Origin: Chrysemys picta bellii
Taxonomy: Eukaryota
Direction: 5' to 3'
NCBI RefSeq assembly: GCF_011386835.1
Contig: NC_088800.1
Location: 85,498,001 to 85,562,000, forward strand
DNA length: 64,000 nucleotides
The number at the start of each line of letters is the position of its first letter. Positions within the stretch are counted from its first letter, which is position 1. Shown piece by piece: positions 1-11,200 of this stretch. A model generated the notes under the pieces. The model had not been told where the DNA came from and searched no databases. It was given only the letters and a program-made list of their open reading frames with translations. A program made the translations under genes and the position numbers.

Positions 1-2109
1 GAGAAACACTGCACCCATCTCTAGCACCTTCCAAATGTGACTGTGCTTTATATACATTAAAAGGGCACTGGCAACTTAAATGTGGCCCAGCATTTCAATT
101 TTGGAAGAATAGCCTTCGCCGTCCAATAGAAACATTTCCACAATTTTAAAATATTCCATGGAAAACTGCTATTTACAACCACTTGGCCACATGCAACTGA
201 ACCTGCTCAGCAGAAGGGAAACTGGGTTGTATTGTCCTCGCAGAGACACACAAAGAAACAATGAGTTTAAACAGCAACAAATCAATGTTTTTATTTTTCA
301 GTTGTCCTCATCTCTTTCACTAGGCATGAGAACCCTATGGATGTGTTATGTTTATTAACAGGCATTGTCTGCTGACAGAAGTACTTTTAGGAGGGTACTG
401 GCATAGTATTGAGGCCAAATCCTCGGAGTTCAAGAGCAAGCCCAGAGCCGCTGAAGATAGAAGGTCAGACTAGCTTTCAGGCCCCCTCCTCAAATTTGAG
501 AGCTAAATTCTAAAACAGCCTAGAAAGTACACAGCACTTCAGCCACTCCAGAGTTACACATTAGTTTAAATGTTCTTTGGAAACAATACAACAAAGCTGC
601 AGGACAGAGGAGAAGGCGAGAGGTTTAAATGTACAAAATAATAAACTGAGCTTCTAATTTTGTTTTGGTACCAGTGTCTGTCCAGAGCACAGCTCGCTAT
701 GCCTAGAGACCATGGCTTTACACAGAGCTAGATACATGGCTTGCTATCCAGCCTGGGGGAACTGTTGGAGATGGCAGTAAATGATGCATTAACCCCTCCC
801 TCCTTCCCCAATTCACCCCTCCCCCAGCTGCTGCAAACAGAAGAGTTTGTTTTAGAATTTCCTTTTGAGGGGGCTGGGATTTACATACAACTACCGACCT
901 TTCTAGCTCAGATGAGAGAGGAACCCTGAAAAACACAGTGGAGTGGGCCAAGGGCTGGCTGGATCATCGGTGTTCTGGCCCTGCCTCCCAGGATTCGGCG
1001 GAGCCAGAGGAGGGGGCACTGCACAGAAGAAAAGCAGCAGGAGACAGACGGATTTGAAAATGCAGCATCTCCAGAGCGCACTCTGAACTCCGAGAACGAC
1101 AATTTTATTCTTGTGAATTCTGCTGGCTCATACAACAGCACAACCATTTGAGAGGTCCGTCCGCAGCTTCATTTTAAATCATTCTTCAACTGTTATTGGC
1201 ATGTACAATTCTTCTCCCCCACGCGTGAGAGTGAGAGTATGTGAACCTCCCTCCCCCGCACACAGAGTCTAATAAATGTCACCTTAGCAGAGGCAGACAG
1301 TACAGGCCCAGCGGGGCCCCATCCCTGCAGTGAATTGCAATCTAGCCAAAGTGGTTTTGCACTCAGCTGGAAGCAGCCTCACAAGGTCAGGGTACACTGG
1401 CACCAGAATTGAATTGAATAATTAAAAGACCCGACAGAGCTCCTTCCTACCGGCTTGCACCTCCGTAACGTGGCAATGGGGACGAACCCTCCTTCAGCAG
1501 AGGCACACACCAGCAGCCCAGCCCTGGCTGGAGATCAGGCCTGGGGGGGATGCTGGGTGCCCGGGTTTGATCAGTTATAGAATATACTCAGATGCCATGG
1601 CGTGGCGGCAGGATGAAGATACAGACAGATCATTATCAGCCTCTGTCTGAGGTGCTGATTTTAACAGTGCCTGGTTAACAGGATGGTGAAAGCCAGACAA
1701 ATAAAATACCCTTGTAACATTCAATAAGCCACCGCCACCATCCCCTGGCCTCTGCAGGGTCCAAGGTGCACATTGACCGATCTGACTCCCTGGAACACCC
1801 AGTCCCCCAAGGCTGAGGCAGAAGGCCCTAAACCTGGCCCATTCCCTGCCAGAGCAGGACAGCGCCCTAGGGAACAACGCCTGCCAGAGCAGAGAAACCT
1901 ACTGCTCTGACAGGGGCAAGGGGAAGAGATCAGAGGTGTCTAGGCACAGTTGTCTCATGTTCTGATCTCTCTGGAACCAGCAGCAGTGTCTTGCAGCTCT
2001 TCCCGCCCCTGGGGCCAGGGCACTTTCTGGAGACTTGTACAGACCTCCTAGCAACCCCTTCCCCAACTGACGCCCATGCTCCTTCTTACCAGCCCCAACA
2101 CTCCCAAAT

Positions 2110-2890
2110 TATGTCAGTGCCCCTGCCTGGCACCTCCTCAACCCCCAAGACCTCCTCCGCTACTTCCCACAGTGTCACCTGCCTGGTACCTCCATGCCCC
2201 ACTGCTCTGCTGCCCAGTATTCAGTGCCCCATCTCTTTGCCCCAGAGACCCCCTCCCAGGCCCCCCCTCAGTGCCCCATCCCCCTGCCCAGTGCCCCGCT
2301 GCCCAGTACTCAGTGTCCCATCTCTTTCCCCCAGAACTCCCCTCCCAGTACCCCATCCCTCTGCCCAGTGCCCCCTGCCAGGTACCCCCAGTATTCCATC
2401 CCTCTGCCCAGTGCCCCCTGCCAGGTACCCCCAGTACCCCATCCCTCTGCCCAGTGCCCCGCTGCCTGGTACTCAATGTCCCATCTCCCATCCCCCAGGG
2501 CCCCATCCCCCCAGTGTCCCCCTGCCCAGTACTCAGTGTCCCATCTCTTTCCCGCAGAACCCCCCTGCCAGGTACCCTCTCAGTGCCCCATCCCCCTGCC
2601 CAGTGTCCCACTGCCCGATACCCAGTGCCCCACTGCCCAATACCCAGTGCCCCACTGCCCGATACCCCCAGTGCCCCATCTCTCTGCCCAGTGCCCATCT
2701 CTGCCAGTGCCCCCCCCATTTCCCCATCTCTGCCAGTACCCCCTGCCCGGTGCCCCCAATGCCCCATCTCCCCGCCCGGTGCCCCATCTCCCCAGTGTCT
2801 CCCCGCCCGGTACCCCCCGCAATTCCCCATCTCCCCCGGTGCCCCCCCTGGGCCCTTGACCCCCCTGCCTGGTGCCCCCCAGTACCCGCC
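2110..2890. repeat. Degenerate C-rich tandem repeat (CCCAGTGCCCC / CCCAGTACCCC / CCCATCTC units)
   Basis: Many short variant units, with larger blocks recurring near 2209, 2300 and 2523. It explains the Pro/Cys/Ser-rich ORFs in several frames. Confidence 0.85.
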
Positions 2891-4139
2891 AGGCGGACGG
2901 CGCTGGGTCCTGCCCTCATGCAACCCGCCCCTACCGTGCAGGTGCAGCGGTCGGCCCGGCCCGGCCCGGGGGGAGCCGCAGCAAAGCCCCGCCCGGAGCT
3001 GGTGCAGGAGACGAGCGGGGCTCTCAGCCCAGGCTCCGGCATCAGCCTGCAGCGGAGAGCGAAACCACCCCCCGCCGGCTCGGCTCAGCCCAGCCCCGCT
3101 CTTAAAGGGACACGGACCCCGCCGCGGCTCGGCCCGGGGCGGCGCCCATGGGGGTATCGGGGTGCATGCAGGGGGCACCCGGGTGCCTGCAGGGCACTGG
3201 CAATAGATGGGCCTGGGGGGATCAGGTGAATGCGGAGCGGTGGGTTCCATGGGGTATCCAGGAGGGTCGGTATTTGGGAGTATCAGGGTGCACGCAGGGG
3301 GGTGCATGCAGGGGGCTTTGGGGCACTGCGGTGCACTGGTGCAGGTGGGGCGCTGCAGGGCTCTGGTTAACATGCCCTGCGCTGAGTTCCCTTTGCTAGC
3401 ATTGCTGGTGCAGATCTGGGGCGCGGGGGGGGGGGCAGCCATGCGCAGCCCATCACTAGCCTCCCCGTCCCCTGATTTATACCCCCATGTGCTCATATAC
3501 CATCTGATTGGCAAAGGCAGGGCTGGAGCTGGCATTGCAGGACTTTGGGCAACCTGACATGAGGAAGGACCCAGCCATCTCCCTCCCCAGGACCACCTTC
3601 TCCCCGCCCCAATCTGCCTTCTCCCTGCCTGAGACCCCCTTTGGCACCCCTCATCCACCACCAGTTTGTGAAGCACGAGAGGCTCTGGTGTGGGAAGCTA
3701 GAGGAGGTGAAGCTGACATGCCACTTTTCAAGCAAGGGCAGAGAAGGGCAGATAGGGAGCTCAGTCCCTGCCCCACCCCAATGGCCGGAGAGAGGGAGGC
3801 GGACAAGGAATTAGGGGTGGCTGGGTGTGAGTATTTGTGAGGGGACTGCAGAACTCTAAAGTCACCCCTGTGCAAAGAAATACAAGAGAGGGAGGGTAGG
3901 CACATCAGGGTGCATGAGGAGCCAGGAGAGCTGAGGGAGAGAAAGTGCACATACTTCGGCAGAAGATACAGAGTGTCCTAGCAGTCAGTAGCCCGAGTCA
4001 CCCATGGGTCATACAAGAGAGACAGCATAGCCCTGCTATGGGCACCCAGACCTGGTGGATTAGTGCTGACAGCACCTGTTGCTTTCCCATGAAAATAAAG
4101 TTCCTGACATGGAAAATGGATGGTTAAATTGGGTCTGGC

Positions 4140-4290
4140 CAGCAGGATGGGGCACAAGCATTTTCCACCTGGAGACATAAGTTCCAGTTTTAGTCTACCC
4201 TACAGGTGAAAATGCATTAGCTGAGTCCAGTCCTAGTTCCTACACATCACAAAACCACTCACCATGAATTGATCAACAGATCTCTTCTCA
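4140..4290 (+). mobile_element. LF-SINE-like fragment
   Basis: CTGAGTCCAGTCCTAG...CACATCACAAAACCAC resembles the central LF-SINE consensus as recalled. Confidence 0.5.
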
Positions 4291-4454
4291 GGAGAGCAGG
4301 GGGTGAGCGGGGCAGGACTGAAGTGTACCAGCAGAGCGGTGTAAGGAAAGTTTGCATAACAATTGCCACATGAACTCTCTCCCTAGTTGGTATTATTTAA
4401 CTCTCCCTTTTATGAGCATTCTGTGATTTCAGTATAACGCCCATTGAAATAAAC

Positions 4455-4577
4455 GTGAAAGCTAAGTGACTTGTCCAAGGTCACACAGGACATCTGTGGC
4501 AGCAAAGGAAATTGAACTGAGGTTTCCTGAGTCCAAGGCTAGCAGCATGCCCTAACCACTGAACCATCCTCCCTCTG
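4455..4577 (+). mobile_element. MIR-type CORE-SINE fragment
   Basis: AAGTGACTTGTCCAAGGTCACACAG...AACCACTGAACCATCCTCCCTC is typical MIR core/tail sequence. Confidence 0.75.
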
Positions 4578-6749
4578 TTCTAGCACAAATACTTGTGTGT
4601 GTGAATGTAAAATGTAATTTCTACCAATCTTTGCACAAATGATTTTGAAATGTGCTTTCCACACACATTTGTGCTAGTAAAACGCAACCACGTGAGTATC
4701 TGCAGAAAGCAAATCCCAAAGGGCGTGAGCCTGGCCAGAATGAAATCATTAAAAATATTAAAGTGGACATGTGTTGGCAGTATTATTAGCCAACCTCTCA
4801 TAAACCCTCTTTGACCTTTGTGTTATTAACTAAATGTATTTTATCCAAATATAGTTTTAATTTTCGGTTAATGCTGTACTGCCTGTATCATTGTGGTTTT
4901 GTATAGATGCTTTAAACACGAAAGTCAACAAGAAACCCTCAGTAGAGTAAAGTCACCCTCGAGATAAATTAATGTTTCCCTTGGGCGTTGCCCAAGTTGT
5001 AATATCGCGTCTCTGATTTAAAAGAAAAGAGCTGTTAATCATAACACTGCCTGCGCTATCATTCTTTGCTCCCATTTAAAGCGTGCTCTAAATTTCAGCA
5101 GTATATATGTGCCAATGGAAAATAAAGAACTGGAGCAATACAAGGTTTGTGGGAAACTCCCACCCTGCTGGATGAATGACAGTACATGCAGAGATTGAAA
5201 GCTCTCCCACAACCCTCTCTTTACTGGCTTCTTTTTGGAGACTATTAAAAGCACGTCAGTGCAGTCAGCATCTGCCGGGGGAGCCTGCCCTCTGTGGTTT
5301 CAGTCAGGGTTAATATATTTACTAGTCTGGATTCAAACCATCAAGGTAAAGTAGGGGCTTTGATCAGAGCAGGTGTAAAGCATTATACCAGGGTGCGAGT
5401 GTTTAAGAGAGAGTTAAACAGGGGCTTTTATTTTAACAGCTGCAGTGAAGGGGAAATATTCTGCGTCTACAAAAAGGAAATGGAACCAGCAGGGGAAAGG
5501 TCAAGTCTTCCTATAAATTATGCACCATCTCATGAACTTGCATCTCAGCTTTGGATTGAGCTAAGAAGTACTCATAGGCAAGAAGCACTAACAGCATTGC
5601 AGCTGCCAAGGGACACAAGAAAATAACAGTGCGGCAAGAAGGTTTAAGTCACGGGATTCATTCTCGTCACTGAATTTCTCCCTTGAAATCTCGGGGCTAT
5701 GGAACACCCTGTATTGGACCCCACTGCAAGGTGTCCCCTACGGTGTGGGTTGTGATGCACCTGTCCCCGGTAGGTGTCTGTCGCCATGCTTGGTGTACCA
5801 CAAGTGTCAGAGGCACACCATGCACAAGGCTTCCTAGATCATTGATGGGTCCCTACTAACACTCACACATTTCAATACACCGAATGTTTCAATAGGGCTG
5901 CAAGAAATAACAGATGCAAATATCCTAGACACAAGGACTTCAACCCTTGTACAACAGATCTACCCAACACTTCCTAATGCAACCCCTTGGGGGTATAAAG
6001 GTCACAGCTCCCTGTAGGATTCCCCAGGCTTCATACCTGGGCTACTCCCTCCGCTCTAGCTCACTCTCCCCGAGGCAATCAAGCCCTGGCCTCCAGGCCC
6101 AGCTGTCCAGAGCCCACTCTGTCCACAGTCTCCTTGGCGCTCCAATGCTGCTGTCGCACACGTCCTGTGTGCTAGCTGCTGTTATTGCTGATCCCTACCA
6201 GCCACTGGCTGCTTCCCCGCCTGCCTCTCGGCTGTTGCCTGCTGCCCTTGCTCATTCACCACCAGCCTATCCCATCTGACATCTGGAAAGACTCCCTTTT
6301 CCTGTTCTCTAGGCATTATGAAGCCCTCAGTTGAACCGACACCAGGGCCAGCTGGAGGGGAAGGTGAGCTGGGCAGCTGTCCTGGGCACCAGCTTCCAAG
6401 GGGTGCTGTGCCACTTCGGTTCTTTTTTCTTTTCTTTTTCTTCTTCAGAAACGTTTTCTGCCCTGGCTAGCAGAATGGATAGGGCTGCTCCATGGATAGG
6501 GTGAGCCAGTGCCCTTCGTTGGCTGGATCCTCTCCCTCCAGCAAACAGTACCTAGTGTGATGAGCCAGCAGGTGCAAGACACCCCTTTCCTTTGGGCCGT
6601 CAGCAGGAAGGCAGAACCAGCGTGATAAACCGGTTGTGCACCATTGCCCCCTGCTGGACGGAATCTGAACTAAGCCCCTCTCCTGCATAGGGCTGGGAGT
6701 GGCAAAGGTGGCACTTGCCAATTCCCACCAATTTATCATGAGTCTTCAG

Positions 6750-6876
6750 TAGGGTGACCAGACAGGAAATGTGAAAAATCAGGACGGGGTGGGGTGGGGG
6801 GTAATAGGAGCCTATATAAGAAAAAGACTCAAAAATCAGGACTGTCCCTATAAAATCAGGACATTTGGTCACCCCA
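6750..6876. mobile_element. hAT-type MITE, 127 bp
   Basis: TIRs TAGGGTGACCA / TGGTCACCCCA with a perfect 8-bp TSD GTCTTCAG (6742-6749, 6877-6884). Confidence 0.9.
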
Positions 6877-7019
6877 GTCTTCAGATATCTGGACGTTTCT
6901 GAAAGCCCCAACTCCTAAAGGCAGGTGACTAGCCACGAGGCCACAGCCTAGCATGCTGACCATTACTGTGTCCTTGTCCTCCCCGTCTGTCTCCATCTCT
7001 ACTCTCCTGTCTTACACGG

Positions 7020-7140
7020 AGATTGGAAGCTCTTTGGGGCAGGGACCATCTTGTTGTTCCCTGTCTGTACAGCACCTGGCACAGGTGGGCCCTGGCCCAC
7101 GGCTGGGGCTCCGAGGTGCTAAGGGGATACAAATAATTAC
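7020..7140 (+). mobile_element. L2-like LINE 3' end fragment
   Basis: AGATTGGAAGCTCTTTGGGGCAGGGACC...GTACAGCACCTGGCACA...ATACAAATAAT resembles L2 3' termini. Confidence 0.6.
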
Positions 7141-7399
7141 AACCCGCGCTTCCCTTTAGGAAAGGGACGTTTTGGAGAAAAGCTGGAGCATGTGACCCCA
7201 AAAGGCCCTGCACCCCGGGCCCTGCCAGGGGCACCCCCCCCATGCAGGGAGGAGCCCTGCAGGGGCAGCGCACTGAGCCCGAGTCTCTCTCTAGCGCCCC
7301 CTCGTGGGGACACGTGGGCCAGCAAGGCATGGACTGGGGGCTGCTTCCCACCACGAGCACAGTGCCCATTTCTCATCTCCTCCCCGGCTTGCTGTCTCC

Positions 7400-8270
7400 C
7401 ATGGTCTCGCCCCACCTCCCTCACGTGGTATCGCCCCGTTGAGGTAGTGACAGGCAATTGCGGTCTGCGCCTGCGCCGCCGAGTCCCGCAGGATTCCGAG
7501 AATGCCTGTGCGCAGGCGCGGCGCCCCTCTTGTCCCTTTCCTGACAAGCGACGCTACTCGGCGCATGCGCATCCCCTCCGGCGAGGGGTGTTGCTCGCTC
7601 TGCGCGTGCGCCGCGGCACGGCTTTCTTTCTCCAGCCCGGTGCTCCTGCCGGGCCTTGCAGGTACCGGGGCGCTCGCCCCGGGTCCGCCCCTCGGCCCCT
7701 CCCCCAGCGCAGCCGCCTGCCTCCAGCCCTGCACCCCCCCGGGAGCCGCGGGGCCTGCTGGGAGAGGCCGGGCCGGGGGGCGCCCCGACGCGCCGGTGAT
7801 GGGCACGCCAGGGCGGCAGTGCAGGGGGGCCGCGCCCGGGGGTCGGGCCGGGCCGGGCCAGGCGTCCCCGGACTGCGTCCCCGTGCGGCCGGGCTGGGGG
7901 GGACCGGACCAGATCCTGGACCGGATCTCGGACCGGGCAGAGGGGGGCCTGGGTCTTGGACCGGGCGGAGGGGGGCCCGGGTCTCACCGCTCTCTCTGCT
8001 CCTTCCCCGCACAGGTGTCAGCCATGAACGCGGCGCAGGGCACGGTGGGCAGCGACCCGGTGATCCTGGCCACGGCTGGCTACGACCACACGGTCCGGTT
8101 CTGGCAGGCGCACAGCGGCATTTGCACCCGGACCGTCCAGCACCAGGACTCTGTATCCTTCTCCCACGGAGGGTGCCCCTGGCCGGCTCGCCTCTGCCCG
8201 GCGGGGCTGGCAGCGTTGGCCCGCGACATGGGGTTCTGTTTGCTAGCCTGGCACCCCGCAGCACTGCGCC
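7400..8270. promoter_or_regulatory. MLST8 CpG-island promoter with clustered NRF1-like GCGCNNGCGC motifs
   Basis: Very GC/CpG-rich. Motifs TGCGCCTGCGCC (~7466), GCGCAGGCGCG (~7510), GCGCATGCGCA (~7561) and TGCGCGTGCGCC (~7601). Confidence 0.8.
7570..7661 (+). other. MLST8: Probable non-coding first exon of MLST8 (start approximate)
   Basis: Donor GCAG|GTACCG at 7661/7662 inside the CpG island. The next acceptor (pyrimidine tract + ACAG, 8011-8014) lies 9 nt before the ATG. The transcription start cannot be fixed from sequence. Confidence 0.6.
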
Positions 8271-11200
8271 CTCCAGAGCAGGGTGCGGAGACAGACCTGA
8301 GCCCTGCTTCAGCCCTATGGGGCAGGGACAACGGTCATTGGAAGCTTTTCTTGCAGTGCCTTGGCAAGACCCTTCCCTAAGCAAACCTGTGTATTTCTCA
8401 TCCCATCTCTTTAGAGAGCTCCACCGCCTCTGTGTTATGGGCCGACCCTGAAATGGTCCCCAGATCAGACACTTGACCCAAACTTCAACCCAGGCTTCAG
8501 TCAGTCGTTAGACACTCTTTAAGGCTGGGAAACCATGCTATCTTCTATCTGTGTATCTTTCTGCACACTCAGCACACATTCACAGTGTGCTATCTGAAAT
8601 GCTAGGGTGTGGCCATACCAGAGGCACGCTTTGTGTTTTGTTTGAGAGACCCTTTCTAAAACAGCAGTCAGATTTGGTGGGGGAGTGGTGGAACTCTTCC
8701 ACCCTCTGCCCGCAACCCAGAAATTGCTACATGGGATGCCAAAATATGATGAGACAATGGCTTGTCTAACATTGTTATGCATTAGTTTGGTGGGGAGAGG
8801 ATTCAGGGGGAACACAGATAAGAAAAAATTCTCTGTTTGCATGCTTGCTTTATAAAAAGGAAAAAAATTGTAGGACTACCGAAAGTGCGCAAGTTTCTCC
8901 CCCTCATGACCAGGCAAAGTCAGTAAGCTAAAACTCCAGTGTTCCTAGAATAGTGCAAATGCCTGATGGCATCATACGTTCTGTTACTCCACAGATGAGG
9001 AGGTAAGCAAACAAACCCAACTGTGCTGCTTTGTGCCTCTGTAGAAACAGCAAAGGGTAAATAAATACTAGTGTTTCACAAAGGGCAAAAATGAGGCAGT
9101 AAAAGCATGAATATAGAACATCTTGGGAAAAGGGCTTTGCAATCAAGGAAGAGTAGCCTCCCGGATCCCACCGCATACACAAATTTAATAAGCAGGAATT
9201 GGTCTGTGCCTGTAAGAAAACAGCCCCATTGATGCTCGCCATGTTTAGCCTCCCCTACAAATCTTTCTAACTCCTCAACAGTGGATACACCTTCTGACAG
9301 ATTTTTTGGACCAAAATGAAGAGCTAGTTTACTGCTTCTGTATTGAATCTCATTTTAATGCTGTCAACATTAAATGAAAATCCAGAATTTAAAAGGCGGC
9401 GGTGTCAAAAGTAGAGCCTAGTGGTTAGGAGTACTGTGTTGTTTTTAAAAGGTGAAGCATGTTCAGCTTAAATCAAGATGCACTAACATCTAACTATGCT
9501 ATGTCTGAGGAGATGACTTTTTTTATGTTCCACCTTTTAAATAAACACGTTTGAAACAGAGTCGGTATCAGACTAAAGGTCTAAACAGGAGAATTCTTTT
9601 GCGTTGAAAATCTCCTGCCACATCATAGTATGTTAAAGTGCCCCTTTTCCAAAATGGATCATCCCTAAAGAAAGGTCCACTGGTCAGAAAGTCCTTGTTA
9701 ACCTTACTTTTCTAAGGGCAGTGTGAATTTAAGATAACACTTTTGTTCTGCTTGAGAGCTAATTGCTCTCTTTGTTAACCTTAACCAGTGCTGCTAGCAA
9801 GTAAATGCTCTGGAGATCACCCCAGACCGCAGCATGATTGCTGCTGCAGGTGAGTCTTGCTGATGGGCTTCTCCCCACCTTTTCTCATGCCTGCAGAGTG
9901 GAAACTGTTCTACAGCCTCTGATATTGGTGGTCCCCAGTACCCTGGTTGTAATTTAGCCCTAGTGCACATGATTCACTTTTCATTCCCAGTTGGCCACCA
10001 ACAATAGGCTCAGAAATGCCAACTGTCGTTTATTTCATGAGCATGTCTCGCTATAATCCCTGTGAGAAGTGCTTCTGCAGTTTTGGAGGTGCAGATTGCT
10101 GGGGTGAGTGAAGTGGTGAAAATTGCCTTTACCGTGTTTTAGTGGCCCTGAAACAAGGAGTTTGTGGAATAGGGCTTTGGCAGTTTTCTGATAGAAGACT
10201 ATTAGTGTTCATATTTCTGTCGCCCAGGTTACCAGCACATTCGAATGTATGATCTGAACTCTAATAACCCCAACCCTGTCATTAATTATGATGGCGTAAG
10301 TAAGAACATCACTTCCGTTGGATTCCACGAAGATGGTCGTTGGATGTACACGGGAGGAGAAGACTGTATGGCTAGGATATGGGATCTGAGGTAACCGCCG
10401 ATGCCAGCCTGCCTTCCTGTGCTGGGCCACTTGGGACAAAACTCCTAAAAGAGTTGAGGTTTCCATAAATGTCCTTGGGCTTTGAGCTTATGAAAATCTC
10501 CTAGGCTAAGCAAGGCTGACACTGGTCAGTACTTGGATGGGAGACCTCCAAGGAAATGCCAGGTGCCATGTGAAGTTGCACTGGGGATTCAGGAGAACAT
10601 AAGAACACAAGGAAGTAGCGGTCTTTTCCCAGAATCAATATTGAACCAGTAATGATGCTGTGGAGGTGCCTTATTTGGAAGGTCCTGGCCAGTTTTGATC
10701 ATTAGAGATTCCAAAGTACCTTTAACAAGAGAGGAGCGTTAGCCCGGAACACGAGGGTTAACTCCAGTTTGGGTAACTGTGACAGTTCTTGGGGTTCCCA
10801 GATTGAGAGTTACTCTGTTACCTTCTGCCCCCAGCGTGAGGGAGTCTTACCTGTGCCTGGGTGGGGATCAGCTCCCTCACACCACCAGCCTTTCAGTGAC
10901 TCGAGCACTCTCCTCTGGGCTATGTCTTGCAAGTTAACTGTGGGTGCATCCCAGTCACTGAGTTCCTTGTAATTGTTTTTCTGTGCTCTCCAGCTCTTGA
11001 CACTGGCTACTCAAGAAATCCCAGATCCTCTGCCCGCAAAGGAGCAGTTTGCCCCAGTTTACCAGTTTTACTGTAAACCTCTGCTCCCGTAAGCCACACG
11101 GCACTTACATAAACCTATCTTTGTTTTACTGTAAGAAAGAAAGATTTAACTAGAAACGAGAGAGTGGTGGAAACAAATGGTTTACAAAACAAAAGCACAA

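Noticed and set aside
1991-3676. Long ORFs of 376-512 aa on both strands
   Set aside because: They are open frames caused by a stop-poor C-rich tandem repeat and CpG island. Composition is low-complexity with no recognisable domain.
3508-3840. 110-aa ORF MAKAGLELALQDFG...
   Set aside because: No recognisable homology or supporting splice structure; cannot be supported without a database search.
7137-8451. Several overlapping 170-420 aa ORFs at the MLST8 promoter
   Set aside because: GC-rich island read-through. Only 8024-8152 is true coding sequence.
10500-10570. Possible 5S rRNA gene
   Set aside because: Only a diverged partial match that continues into SINE body sequence, so it is a SINE head.
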